From Albugo candida (lineage: Eukaryota): 64,000 nt of DNA. A program made the position numbers and the translations under genes. The stretch lies in contig JBDOQK010000005.1 in the NCBI GenBank assembly GCA_040437565.1, forward strand, positions 744,001 to 808,000. Direction: 5' to 3'. Shown piece after piece: positions 12,975 to 25,769 of the stretch (position 1 is the first letter of the stretch; each line of letters begins with the position of its first letter). The notes under the pieces were generated by a model, which saw only the letters and a program-made list of their open reading frames with translations, was not told the DNA's origin and made no database searches.

Positions 12975-13917
12975 CGCGGAAGCTAACGTATTTTGAATCT
13001 ATTCGGTAATTTACAGTGGCGTGAAAATGATTTATCGTATCCGGATATTTCCAACTACATAGCGTGCAATTTAAGAATTGATACAAATTGAAGATCATAT
13101 GAATATGCCTACCTGATATATTTTTGCCTCTTCAATCAACGTGAAGAGACGCACTTATAAGCTCAAAAAATGCAACCGCTTCGCGCTGCAGTGTGAAGTA
13201 GGACGAGGTTTCTCGTTTTATTTATCAATTAGAAAACTGGTGCAGTATATGTAAATGTTAGGCTGCGTAGCCTAACCCTATCGGTCAAATCAGCTTTTTT
13301 CGGATAATGTTGCAGCTGTTTTGATTTATTTCTATGGCGCAATGCCTGACCAAAATTGTTTGCAACGTTTTTGGAATTCAGCTACTCTATTCTCTTCCAG
13401 GAATTCGTTAACTCACCCGAGAACATTGAGCAGGATGGTGGTATTATCCCACGGATGCGGTATGAGAGCTGGGTATTTGCAGATATAGACTCGACACGCA
13501 ACACAATTTCGAATTGTATAGGGGAGACGTCGAAGCTCTATGCAGCTCCCTTCCCCCCTCTCTCTTATAGTTTGTACCGGTAGATAATTGAAGGATGACA
13601 GCCATTTGGACTGATCACCAAATAGTTTAGCCTTTTGTATACCTCGGAAAAATCATAATATTGCAGCCGTGACTAATACGATGAAAAAGTCAGCAATTTC
13701 GGGGCACAATCTGTTTTCCGTACTTGACAATTGTTTTTCCTTTTTGTTCTATTATGCCTCTTGCTGCACTTCAGACTTGACAACTGATACGACCTAGCTG
13801 ACTGCAACGATTACCACCACTCTAGGAAGGACTAATTACAGCACAGTGGTAGTCAGTGCTGCCCATGATAGTACCGTGTGCCGCATATCCCACACTACAC
13901 CCTCATCGTAGAAGTGT

Positions 13918-14847
13918 CTTGACAATTCCTTTGAGGGTATGTAAATGCTACTAAAAGCTTCCTGCTTCAAGATATCGGAGGCTGCTTGGTGTTTGCAACA
14001 TTTTGACATTTGTATGGAATAAATCCCCACCGTTTCACGCTTATAACGCTTAATGAAAGCATACGAGTTGATAATGATGAATATCAAATGCGAAGCCGTT
14101 TGTGAACTTTCTGCATGGTTGTGATGTATGTATTACGCTATGCGACTTTATTATCGTCGGAGGAACCTACTAAGACGCGGTTCGGCGCACGAAGTAGAGG
14201 TAGTGCATGCACATCCAAGTGCAGTGAGACCCGACTTGGTGCTTAATTTTATTGAGATACTGTCTCGAGGTGTGGAACTCTTTCTATCTTAGGAGTCATT
14301 GTAATGTGAACCGCAAATCAATTGTCAAGTAAATAGTACTCATGTATNNNNNNNNNNNNNNNNNNNNNNNNNNNNNNNNNNNNNNNNNNNNNNNNNNNNN
14401 NNNNNNNNNNNNNNNNNNNNNNNNNNNNNNNNNNNNNNNNNNNNNNNCTTGACAATTCCTTCCTGCTCCAAGATATCGGAGGCTGCTTGGTGTTTGCAAC
14501 ATTTTGACATTTGTATGGAATAAATCCCCACCGTTTCACGCTTATGACGCTTAATTAAATGCATACGAGTTGATAATGATGAATATCAAATGCGAAGCCG
14601 TTTGTGAACTTTCTACATGGTTGTGATGTATGTATTACGCTATGCGACTTCATTATCGTCGCAGGAACCTACTAAGACGCGGTTCGGCGCACGAAGTAGA
14701 GGTAGTGCATGCACATCCAAGTGCAGTGAGACCCGACTTGGTGCTTAATTTCATTGAGATACTGTCTCGAGGTTGGAACTACTTCTATCTTAGGAGTCAT
14801 TGTAATGTGAACCGCAAATCAATTGTCAAGTAAATAGTACTCATGTA
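13918..14847. repeat. Diverged ~400-430-bp duplicate either side of an N gap (13918-14347 and 14448-14847)
   Basis: Direct comparison shows the same sequence with a ~28-bp indel near the start and roughly ten small differences. Confidence 0.9.
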
Positions 14848-14951
14848 TACTTCTCGAAATGTGGATGAGACTTGATGGATATAACTCTTATCCGTAACAA
14901 ATTCTCATCAAAACGCATCTGTCCATCATGAGTTATGCTATAAAATACTCC

Positions 14952-16268
14952 TCACGAGTCTTCAAAAACCTCATTTTCGTAATCTCCCTCATTCTCGTAA
15001 ATTGAGTCCACGTTATTTCCATTTGATGGCGAGTCTGTCTCCGACTGTCTGCTCGTTTCCTTTTCAAAATGTGACGAACTTTGCTTATCAACCTCGCAAG
15101 TATAAGTCGGCGCCTCAAGTTCTCGAAGCATCTCGAGCGCCTGGCGGTGCTCTTCCCTCAAATCCGCCAATGAGACTCCATTTCGATTCCTCACGGGCTG
15201 CTTTGACTTTTTCAAGCTAACAATTCTCATCACACTCTTACTTTGTCTGCTACTTGTATCGTGGCTGTCTTTGCTCATATTTCCAATGATACTCTTCTTA
15301 CACTCCAAACTTAACGTTGTAGCACATTGCCTACGTGTCGAGCGATTAGAGCGCATTATCTGCTTCAGTTCTTGATACTTTTCAGCCAGCGACATCTGAG
15401 ATAGCGGCAGCAATGGAACCTTCACGGAAGTATGTGTGGACTCATGTCTACCGAGCTCGTGCGGACACGTTTGTATACGGGCTGGAGCAGTGGAATTACT
15501 TCCATTTTCCTGATTTACCGATACTGTCCCTACATTTGTCGGTAATTTCAATCCGGACTTGCGGTCATGAGGCTTGTCTGTCTGATCAGAATTTCGAATG
15601 AAATAATTGGATTCCATCGGCATTACACGCAAACTTGTATCACTTCGAGAGGAAGGGAACGATCTCTCCGATTTCCCAACTGAATGCTTCGACTTCACGA
15701 CCCCTCCTTTCTCTAATGTGCCTCTTTGACTTCCGCTTTTAAGAACCGGAAGGCGTGATTCTGACTGAGAATTCTTCCCAGCCTTTAATGTTGACACAGA
15801 GAACTTGGCATCATGCTCACTAAATGCTTGAATGGTTGATTCCGGATGGAACAATCCATCGGCTGTAGCATCAATCCCAAAATTCGAAAGAGCTGCAGCC
15901 GGGCGGTCTCCTTGAGTGCGTTTTAACCGATCCGCTGAGTACCGTATAGTCTCAACATCTGTTGTCTGAGGTTCATCTACAGCCTCTCTATTCGTATTTT
16001 TCACTACTAAAGCAACCGTGAAATAAACAATTTAAATGACCAAAGGGCGTAATATACCTGAAAGTTTGCGCTCTATGACTGGATGCAGCTGATTCGAGAC
16101 GGTCGATTTGACTCTGCTCAGCCGACTTAATCGCGTTTGCTCTGATTTCTGCCTGTAAGCCAAAATAATTGTCAATAATACGGCCAGAAGTTATCAAATA
16201 AATTGACTGTACATCATCATCGTATTTAGCCTCGAATTCTTCTTTGGATCCGCCCAATTGTATGCCAT
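14952..16268 (-). CDS. Hypothetical, largely disordered protein, 3 exons (weak CFAP97/Hemingway-like N-terminus)
   Basis: Manual splicing gives MAYNWADPKKNSRLNTMM|MQKSEQTRLSRLSRVKSTVSNQLHPVIERKLS|VVKNTNREAV.. in frame with ORF 14952-16004, using two canonical GT-AG introns. Short coiled segments and an acidic C-terminus. Confidence 0.65.
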
Positions 16269-16301
16269 CACGTTCCGACTCACAAAGGCTCACCAAACTA
16301 A

Positions 16302-19068
16302 TTATATCCCTTTCGACTGCTCGTCACGACTCATCAGTTGCGTAATCTGAGTCCATTCTGGAACAACGTCTCGAAACCCATAGTCGAACAACAATTCTTC
16401 CCCTTGGATAATAACCTTTTTTGCGTAAAATCCGATACGATGGTGCCCACTCACATTCATAATAATAGCCTCAACATTGGGTCGAGTAGATGAGTGATTC
16501 ACAAATTTACTCTTATTTCCGATTTGAGTCGCATCGATCACACGATCCTCATTTAAATCGAATAAGTAGCTCAATTTTGAGGAATCGTAGACATTTCCTC
16601 GACGTTCGGCTTCGTCTTGGGATAATAAAGCGCCATTGTATTCGCAAATAAACTTTCCTAAAGAGAGTTTTGTAGCTGCAAACGCTCCGTAGCCGTGTGT
16701 CTTAGAGACAGCCACACGCAATGTTGCAGATTGTCCACTTAGAATGTTGGCATTACCGCACATTTGCTCAGTAGCAGCTTCCATACGATTCCAGTTGGCT
16801 GCGATATTGACCACCCCGCATGTAAAGCATTTGTCGGGATCACACTCCCGATTCGCCGCAAAGCAGGGACACGAGACAGAGCCGCAAGCACCGAACGCAC
16901 ACTGACATCCAGGAAATCGATTCGGACAATCCCTCGGACATTGACAGGCTTTCTCGCAGAAATGGTCCCGTTGCATACAACTGCAAGCATTCGAGTCACA
17001 CGATTGAGTATGTCGACACGGTTTATATTCGTGTGAGGCTGCACGGTCACGGACTCGCTGGATCCTTGTTCCATATAAGTGTTGTGTATGAACACGTTGA
17101 ACATCAAATTGCATGTTGTAGCCGACAGACCGGAAAGCGGATCGATTTGCAATTTCAGCCAACCATAGCTGTATTTGCGTTTTCTGAGGCTTTTTCGATG
17201 CAGCCAGCGTATTTGAGCTGCATATAGCTCTATTTCTTCTAAAATTGATATTTTGTTCCAAGTGCGAGTTATTGGCTAACGTCCATTCGCAAACGGTACT
17301 TTCGATCTTTTCATTCACAAATTCCATAGATGATAAAATTCCACCGTAATCACTCGCATCTCTTTGTTCGCATTTATAAATTTTCAGCGGTAAAATAGGT
17401 TTGATTTCCTCTGTACTTCGAGAGATTTCACGCAGAAAAGAAGATGCTTTAGTGCACACTGCGGTCGACATTCGGTTGGATCGACGCAAACTTTGATCCG
17501 GTGTGTCCATAAAAACTTCTGGTTCCTGTTCAGGCTCCATAAATCCGAGCATTGAAGGGTATTCAGGGTCCTGGCGACGACGAGGGATGCCAATATTCAC
17601 TCCATGCAGTAGACAGTGATACGAGTAACATTGCCGACAAAACAAACACGCGATTTGGCTTGATTCTTCACACTCTAGTTGCCCGGAGGCACTGTGAGGG
17701 TGCCAGTAAGGCTTCAATCGTGATCGAAGAGTTGCGATCTCTATACGAGATGACGTGATGGTTGCATTCTTTGCTTGTTGCCGTCGCTGTAACTCGCAGT
17801 AATCAGTCTCAGGCTGAGAGAAGAGCTTCCATTTCTTTAACCACCGCATAAAGCTCGGAATCTCCTGGAAGTTCGCAACCAAATACCGAAGACAGTACTC
17901 TTTTCTCTCATCGTCCAATGCGCTACAACACTCCTCTTTTCGTAGTAATTGTATCCCCTCATTATCGATCTGATTCGAGTTGTTCATTGAAAACGGCGCT
18001 GAACGTATGATTGGATCATCTTGAACTGGATAAAGCTCATTAGCGCCGACAGATGCTCCCATTTGTGGTAGCACCGGAAGCTCACAGAGATATAAATATC
18101 GACGTGCTTGAAGCTCTTCTTCTATAAACCGATTTGATATGTAGTCTTCACGACCTTGCCAATATTTTGGAGCATTTTCCCTTGTATTTTGACGCTGTAA
18201 ACACGCTCGTTGTGCCGTAACAATCCGCTTTTCAACGATCCTGAGTGGGATTTCTTTCTTTGAATCTCTCACGAGATTATGAATATCGATACGATACGAT
18301 TGCGCTTTTTCGAGATGCATTTTCACTTGTTTACGTGCTCTCTGAAGAATGAAGGAAACCCGAGCGCGATGACACACATCCATCAATTCTGTGATTTTGC
18401 AATTGGCTTCTCTGACTCGAATTTCTAATTCATCCTCGTTCACTACCGCCTTCTACAAATAAATTTGATGAGTTAAAAAGTCAGAGTCATTCATTTGACA
18501 CTCGTACCTGTTGTGAGGGAAACAGCGGGTGATTTAATCGGATGAGAATCCCGCAGTCAGATTCGATCGTATTGCTCCTATCGAAATCCGCCAGTGGAAC
18601 ATCCAACGCGGTGTCAAATGGCACACATTTGTTCTCCACGGGATTCAATATATTACCAGGTGCTCGTTGGAAATACAATCGTCGCCAATGAGAGCAATGG
18701 ATCGAATAAGAAGAGATTGATAATGCGTCAATAAGTGATTTTTGAGACTCGTCATACCGTTTTCGACTTGGTACCGGCAAGTCGGACGTACTATTGTCAC
18801 GTATACGCTTTCGACTGCCACCACACGTTTTAGTAGACAGACTGAAGACATTCTGATGCCGAGATGCTCGATCATGTCGTCGTTTACTTGGCGGAGGAGC
18901 ATCGTTGGATGGATGTAGGTGTGGAGAGGAAATGATAGAGCTGTCATGTTGTTCGATTTGGGCGGAGATCACTTTGGAGAATGGAATTTTGGGACCAATA
19001 GTTTGCAGTGAAGTATGCAGGTGCGTTTGTACTGAATTGCAAACTGGATTGGTACTTATTGATTTCAT
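16302..19068 (-). CDS. EZH2: Enhancer of zeste-like histone H3K27 methyltransferase (PRC2 catalytic subunit), 2 exons
   Basis: MCSS-like LFCRQCYSYHCLLH, CXC domain (YKPCRH..CEKACQC..RFPGCQC..CPCFAANRECDPDKC) and SET domain (EYNGALLSQDEAERRGNVYD..SYLFDLN..DATQIGNKSKFVNHS..GEELLFDY). Intron 18453-18507 joins ORF 18487-19068 in frame. Confidence 0.93.
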
Positions 19069-19545
19069 TTCAGATGATGCAATTGAATGAGGAGTGATTA
19101 TAAGGTACGATTAAAGCATGCAAGAAGAAGAGCACGTGCAAAAGTATCGCTGGCATGCGCTGGAAAATGCGCGAATTCAGGCAGCATTGATTGGATGATA
19201 ATGACCCTTCGTGGTTTCAGATTGGTGGAAATCGTATGGAAGACAACAGTGAGCCACTTCATGCACTCAAATGCGCTGATGCCAGCCACTCTTGCGTGGT
19301 GTACCACACACAAGTATACATCGTATAGTCTGGTATCAGACGTACTTTTGACAGGCACTAAGTACGTGTGAAAGCGTACCACTCGAATGCAAATACAATC
19401 GCGGCGATTCGCACGCAATTTCTGGCGAATGTCTCCACTTGTTCCTTGCATCCCATTGCGTCAATTAACATCCATCGAATAGAAACTGGTGTACTTCAAT
19501 TACGCTTCCTCAAATCCTTCTCAAAAAGCACAAAAGGACGTCACA

Positions 19546-22500
19546 ATGCAGCCAAAGACACCACTCCAACGACATCCTCACAAAACAGCCCGAGCGGATC
19601 CACGCACACGATCGAAAGATCGACAAAACATGCGTCGCCCATTTGCATTCCCTTTCAAAGAAGACACTATTCGGATCGTTGGAGATTGCTTTGTACGTTC
19701 TATTCACTTCTTTGTCTACAAATGTTTATGTTTGCTCATTTACCCTCTTCTACATTGGAAAGCGTAGCAACTTGGTGTAGAAATCGGACGTGGTGGATTT
19801 GGAATTGTGTATGCAGCGTTAGACCTCCGTAATGGACGCTCTGTTGCGATAAAAGAAGTTTCTTTGCATGATATCGACAAGGAAGAGCTTGTTTCCATCG
19901 AGGTATCATTACATGTATATATATGCATTCCTACAGGCTTATCAATACTCGTGTACTATCATATGATAGAGTGAAATAAGCTTACTCAAGAAATTAAATC
20001 ATGAAAACATTGTCAAATATCACGACACCATCAAGACCCAGGCTTCTCTGTTCATCATTTTGGAGTATATGGAGAACGGATCGCTCGCTCAATTCATCAA
20101 AAAGTTTGGAAATCTGTCAGAAACACTCGTGGCAATGTACATCACACAGGTTTTGCGTGGATTGGCTTACCTCCACGAGCAAGGCGTTCTCCATCGCGAT
20201 GTCAAAGGCGCCAATATCCTCACAACCAAAGACGGACTCGTCAAACTCGCAGACTTTGGAGTCGCTGTAAAGCTCAATGAAACCCAAAAGTCCAATTCCG
20301 TTGTCGGATCGCCGTATTGGAGTGAGTACCTTCCAAATCGTCTGATAGCACCAACTCGCTCAATCTCTTGCATCGCTAGTGGCACCCGAAGTGATTGAGA
20401 TGTCTGGCTGGTCCTTCGCTTCGGATATTTGGAGTGTCGGGTGCACCATTATCGAGCTTCTTACGACAAAACCGCCCTATTTTGACTTGGCGCCTATGGC
20501 CGCACTTTTCCGAATCGTTCAGGATGATCATCCTCCACTTCCCGAACGTATTTCTCCGGTACAATCCCACGCCCAATCTCTCATTTTGTTATCTGATCTC
20601 TCGTGCAGGCACTTGACGATTTCATAATGAAATGTTTCATGAAGGAACCTCATTTACGAGCTTCCGCGGAAGAGCTTTTAACTCACCCTTGGATCGCTCA
20701 AATACCCAAAAACAAAGTGGAACAGAGCTCCCAATTAGTCGTCGAACATATCACTTCGCTTTTGGACAGAGATTCCATGCTCAATACCATCAAATTGTAC
20801 GAGAAAGATAAACAAATCGATTTCAAGTTATCGCCTCCCAAGGAATCCGACCAAAGTGAGCGACAATTAAGCTCGAGCTCGAGCTCAGACGGCGAGGATT
20901 GGAATCACGAATTCGACTCTGTGGAAACGGAAATGGAAACTATAGCGAAAGACATAAGCAAAAGTATAGAGAAAGTCTCAACTCGTCCATTTCAACTCAG
21001 TACGGAGGATGCAAAAGCGCTTTTTGAAGATAAATATTGGAATGATTCCGTGCCGATCGAGACTCAACCTGTCTCTGAACTGGGAATGACGCGATCTAAC
21101 CTCAATATGCAGCTATCCCCATCCAGTGAGCAACTCGAAATGCATTTCACATGGGGCGATACGTGTATTTTACCATTAGAAGCGCCGAGAACGAAATTGG
21201 ATTCCTTTTGCGAATTAGAAGACGACGAAAGTTTTGGCGATATCGACGAACAGCAGCTCTTACACGCAGCACAAGCAAAATTGAAATCGATTCCGAGTGA
21301 CGACACAACAGCTTCAGGCACGTTTTCCTCTTTTCTTTTCGTATCGTGCAACTCGCTGTCATCTCTTCGCAGCCGAACAATTGACAGACACATTGCCAAA
21401 TGACAAAAGCCCAACGCCTTTAAGTCTTCGCGATACGTTTTTCGACACGGAAATGGATTTCGAATATACGAGCACACGCGATAGCAATCAGCAAGTGACA
21501 AATCGCGTCATCGATCTTCTCGCATGCCTGGACCCTAGCAAGGAAGATGCTGTCATCCTGCAAGCCTGCCAAGACCTGGTACGCTTCCCATCTTCTCATC
21601 CGCTTCCCATCTTCTCATCCGCTTCCCACTCCATTGAACGCTCTTCCTGCAGCGTGACATTCTTCAGTCTCATCCTGCACTCACAAGCGATCTCATGCTG
21701 CACGCTGGAATCATTCCCAACATTATGGAAGCACTCGAATTCAAAAAACTCGACGTTCTGTACGCATTTCTCCAAGTGATCAATCTCGTGCGTGCATTTC
21801 TTTCTCTTCCCATTTCCTCCATTTCGAACGAGTTTTTATGTCAGATCACGGAAAACAATCAAAAGTTTCAAGAGAATCTCGCGCTCGTAGGCTTTATCCC
21901 AATGATTATCAAGCTCACACACTCGCGACAGCTCGAGAATCTCCATTTTATCAGTTCGGATGAAGCAGACTTTCGCAGTTCGACCGCTTCTTTCGACGCA
22001 CATGCGCCCACTTATACGAATTTGATCCGTTTGGAAGCCGCGAAATTCGTAAAGAAAAGCTGTGGCACGAGTGTTTTGACACTGCAAATGTTTATCGCAT
22101 GTGGCGGTCTTCCCGTTTTAGTGGATTTCCTCGCTTCCGATCATTCTCGTGCTTCCGTATCGGAACAAAACGATTTATGTCGCGTGGCAATGGAAGGAAT
22201 CGAATCCGTTTTCACACTTCAAACAATTCCCAAAAACGATATTTGTCGACTTTTTGTGAAAGCGAATCTTTTTGGCAAATTTATTGTCGTATTCGATCAA
22301 ATTGTCACATGCGTTCATCGCGAATTCTTCGAAATGGAGATGGAATCGTGGACAATCGACGATCTCATGCGCACATGTGACATCTTCTTACTCTTCTCGC
22401 AAGGCGATGCCATCGTGAAAGAGTACATGTGCGATCGTATCGTTCTCAATGGAATGCTGAAAGCTCTCGTGTGTCCCAGCGTCATGGAATGTCTCGATCC

Positions 22501-23380
22501 ACAGCATCAAAGGTATGCCCGCGCCGATCGCTATGTCACAATTATCATCAAAGTACTCAAATGTCTTCGGAATCTCAGTATGGAGCCATCGACTTTGGAG
22601 CATCTCGACCAAGCTGGCGCCATCCAAACACTGGTCTTCTTATTGTCGCACACCGCTCTTGGCGCACGACGTAAAGAGATTGAAAATGTGATCTTACAAT
22701 CGATGTTTTATCTCTGCCGAATCAATCGCAAACGACAAACAAACGCGGCGCAAGCGGGTGTCATTCCATCGCTCGCCAAAGTGATTCAAGAAGGCTCTCC
22801 ATTGAAACAATTTGCGCTTCCAATTCTCTGCGATCTCATTTACGCGTCACCGACAGCGAGGAGCCATTTATGGGCACATCATTGCGTGTTGTTATTTCTC
22901 AATTTGTTGGAAGATACGTATTGGCATATCGACGCAATCAAATCGCTGAGTGTGTGGCTCGTTCACGACACATTGCAAATGGAAAATGTGCTTTTGCTTC
23001 CCACACACTTTTCCAAACTGATTCGATCCTTTCAACGCGCACAGGACACTGAAATGGAAAAGCTTTTGGAACCGCTTTTAGAGATTATGACGCGTTCTGT
23101 GCGTTTGAATCAAACGTTTGGACGAAGCGGATTGTTCGTAATAGAAGTGCTCACACGTCTCCATAAGGCGTCCAAAGCGATTGTGAAGAAACATCTCATC
23201 AAAATGATTCAAAGTCTGTTCGAATCGCATTCGGCGCCATTGCATTTCGTTGTGGAATACAATTTGTATCCGATCGTATTTGCGCTCGCACAAGACGCGA
23301 ATACTCTCATTTTAGTCAAAGAAATCGCTTCTCAGCTGTTGGAAGCCATTCTATTGACAGCAGCAATGAGCGGTGTGTGA
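19546..23380 (+). CDS. STE-group kinase of the SepH/Cdc7/Cdc15/MAP3K-epsilon type with a C-terminal ARM/HEAT-like region, multi-exon
   Basis: Spliced ..[99 protein letters not shown]-terminus with [16 protein letters not shown] and [13 protein letters not shown]. Confidence 0.92.
21582..21628. repeat. Intronic tandem repeat, 19-bp unit x2.5
   Basis: cgcttcccatcttctcatc repeated at 21582-21600 and 21601-21619, with a partial copy to 21628, just after the GT donor. Confidence 0.9.
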
Positions 23381-23381
23381 C

Positions 23382-25769
23382 TCACTCGACGGAACGATGC
23401 AATAGAATGCGTTTATGAAGCTCCATACTCTTCACTGTCGACGTTCGGAACGATCGTTTCAATGTGCTTTTAAGCTGAGACTGAATTTGATGCGAAATGT
23501 ACAATTGAAGCGATTGCATCGACGGCGTCGAATTGCAGGAAATACATTTCAACGAAGCGATTGGATGTGTGTCGGAGTTTTGTGTCGCGGAAGGCGGACA
23601 TTGTGATTGTGACTGAGACGCCAATATCGCATGCAATTCCGATTTCCCAATTTTCGAACGTAAGGAGCGCTGAATGTCTGTGAATTTCGTATCCAATGGA
23701 AGAGAATGCTCCAAGATCTCTATTCTCTGCTCGAGCGTCTCTTTCATCCAACAGAGCTCATTGGTGTCGGATTTCAAAGAGAGAGTCGACGCTATCGAAT
23801 GGATCTCATTTTCCAAATGCTCGTTTTTCTGTGTCAATGGATCAAGACGATCGAGAAAGAGTGCTGTCAATTGGTCGCGAACGTGTTGTGCATTCACGAC
23901 AATATCCTGAAGCGCGGCTTTCATTTGTGTGTCATTGGCACATGTCACCTGAACGTCGGAAATAGCGTCGATACGACTTTGCATGCGATGTAAAGACTCC
24001 TCCGTGGCGTCCAAACGATTCGATTGCACGTATAATGGCGCAATTCGCTTACACAATGCGTCGTGAGCCTTTTGAAAACTGTTCAAAGTGTCTTCCAACG
24101 TCCACTGATGCAATTGGAAACAGAGGGCGAAGAGAGTTGAATTCATTTGTATCACAACACTTTGACAACGACAATACAATTCCGTCTCGGAAGCATTTGC
24201 ACCGCTTTCAAAAATACGAATATGGGAAGCAATTGTCAAAGTCAGTGGCCACGCGAATTGGGAATACAAATCAGCGCGTGTGAATTTGGACTGTTGGAGT
24301 TTCGTCTGCAACATGTCGAGTTCTTGGACAAATGCTCGCGCTTTGCTCACAAGCGTCAGAGTCGATGGAATCGATCGATTTTGCCGATCGAAATGGTGCA
24401 TCGCGTTTTGAAGCAATCGGATCGTATCGTCGATAGCGTCTTTGGAAATGTGAGAGCGTTTATGTGCGATCGATTTGCGGAGAGCTTTGGATAGTACCGA
24501 TAGGTCGGCATACAGCTGCGTGAGGAAGCGGACAATGTATGTGTGCAATGTGTTATGGGCAGAGGCTGTAGCTGCCTTTGCGTCCTCTGTTTTTCTCTCA
24601 GACGATGCAATCGATTCCATAGCCAAAAGACTCGTTTCTTCGATTTTGGAATGCAATTCAGCGAAATGTGTCGCTGTTTGGTGGCGTTCGATCTCAATTT
24701 CAGTGGACATATGAGTATGGACGCTACGTATCTCACGAGAAATTGCTTCTTTGTGTGCATTTTGATCGTCTTTGAGCGCTTGGAATTGTGTCGTGACGTC
24801 AGTTTGGAACGTATGAAGCAATTGTTCTTGTGGCGCGGACGCGGGTTTAAATGATTTTTGGACGCGAAGAATGCTCGCATGTACCTTTTCGAGCTCTTGT
24901 TCTTGCTCACTGGCTGCAGAAATTCGCTCTTCAAGTCCGAGAAGAAGCGCTTGAATGGTCTTTTCCTGTTCTTCGAGTCGTTGGCCGTGAGCTTCAAATG
25001 TGTATTGGGCCTGTGTTGTGATACGTCCGAGAGCTTCCACTGCGTTTACATGAGCGGAAAATCGATCGTGTTGGAGTTTTAACGCCGAATCCGTCGATGA
25101 TAACGCTTCTTCCAATCGCTCGACACGACATACCAATTCATTGAATTCGTTGGAACTTTCGATAGCCAAAGTCGCCGGCTGGATGCTCTCTTCCAAAGAC
25201 ATTGAGATCGACGCTGCCTCCAAAGCATTGGACAGAGGTTCCTCCGCGGTGAATTCGGCGTTCTCGGGTCCCCCCGCCATGGATTCTGCGCCATTGGGCT
25301 CCTCTCGTGGAAGCTCTTCTCGGGTCGTTGGAGTCAAATTGCAGTCTTTTGTTTGGACATTGAAAGGATGTACAGTGTCGAAAAGCGTCAATGACGGAAT
25401 AGGAAGCTTCTGCTTGTCGACAACAATGTTCTCATTCATAGTGGCAATCGATTCCTTCCATCGATTCTCATTTTGATGGCTCACATTCTCAATTTTTTCA
25501 GTCAATGTTGCAACGTCATTTGCAATACTTTCCGTCCGTTTGGAAAGCGTTTGCATCTCACACAAAATCAAAGACATGGCACTGAGAAACGCATCGTTTT
25601 GCACAGTGACAAGTGAAGAAGGATCCTGTGCGCTCATGAGGACGCACGCCCAAATGTCTATATTTAAGCGCGATGGACCAGGAACCGTTTCGAAAGCTTC
25701 GACGTCATTTCGACTGTAGCGCTTCTCACATCGCAATTCAAAGCTGTGTGGTCGTTCAGTGGCATCCAC
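23382..25769 (-). CDS. Long coiled-coil hypothetical protein
   Basis: 795-aa ORF rich in heptad-like E/Q/L segments, with KCISCN near the C-terminus. Confidence 0.75.
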   Translation of the reverse strand: MDATERPHSFELRCEKRYSRNDVEAFETVPGPSRLNIDIWACVLMSAQDPSSLVTVQNDAFLSAMSLILCEMQTLSKRTESIANDVATLTEKIENVSHQNENRWKESIATMNENIVVDKQKLPIPSLTLFDTVHPFNVQTKDCNLTPTTREELPREEPNGAESMAGGPENAEFTAEEPLSNALEAASISMSLEESIQPATLAIESSNEFNELVCRVERLEEALSSTDSALKLQHDRFSAHVNAVEALGRITTQAQYTFEAHGQRLEEQEKTIQALLLGLEERISAASEQEQELEKVHASILRVQKSFKPASAPQEQLLHTFQTDVTTQFQALKDDQNAHKEAISREIRSVHTHMSTEIEIERHQTATHFAELHSKIEETSLLAMESIASSERKTEDAKAATASAHNTLHTYIVRFLTQLYADLSVLSKALRKSIAHKRSHISKDAIDDTIRLLQNAMHHFDRQNRSIPSTLTLVSKARAFVQELDMLQTKLQQSKFTRADLYSQFAWPLTLTIASHIRIFESGANASETELYCRCQSVVIQMNSTLFALCFQLHQWTLEDTLNSFQKAHDALCKRIAPLYVQSNRLDATEESLHRMQSRIDAISDVQVTCANDTQMKAALQDIVVNAQHVRDQLTALFLDRLDPLTQKNEHLENEIHSIASTLSLKSDTNELCWMKETLEQRIEILEHSLPLDTKFTDIQRSLRSKIGKSELHAILASQSQSQCPPSATQNSDTHPIASLKCISCNSTPSMQSLQLYISHQIQSQLKSTLKRSFRTSTVKSMELHKRILLHRSVE

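Noticed and set aside
13257-13280. Hairpin gttaggct-gcgt-agcctaac and adjacent telomere-like cctaacccta
   Set aside because: An 8-bp stem is expected several times by chance in 64 kb. There is no CTRR Helitron end nearby and no telomeric array.
14160-14250. B-box-like ggttcggcgc and a stem (ccaagt..acttgg) suggesting a tRNA or SINE
   Set aside because: No cloverleaf or matching A box could be built.
19087-19451. Short ORFs between E(z) and the kinase
   Set aside because: They lie in a divergent promoter region and show no protein-like features.
7810-23380. Wee1, E(z) and SepH-like kinase as a cell-cycle gene cluster
   Set aside because: Interspersed with unrelated genes, so proximity is explained by gene density.
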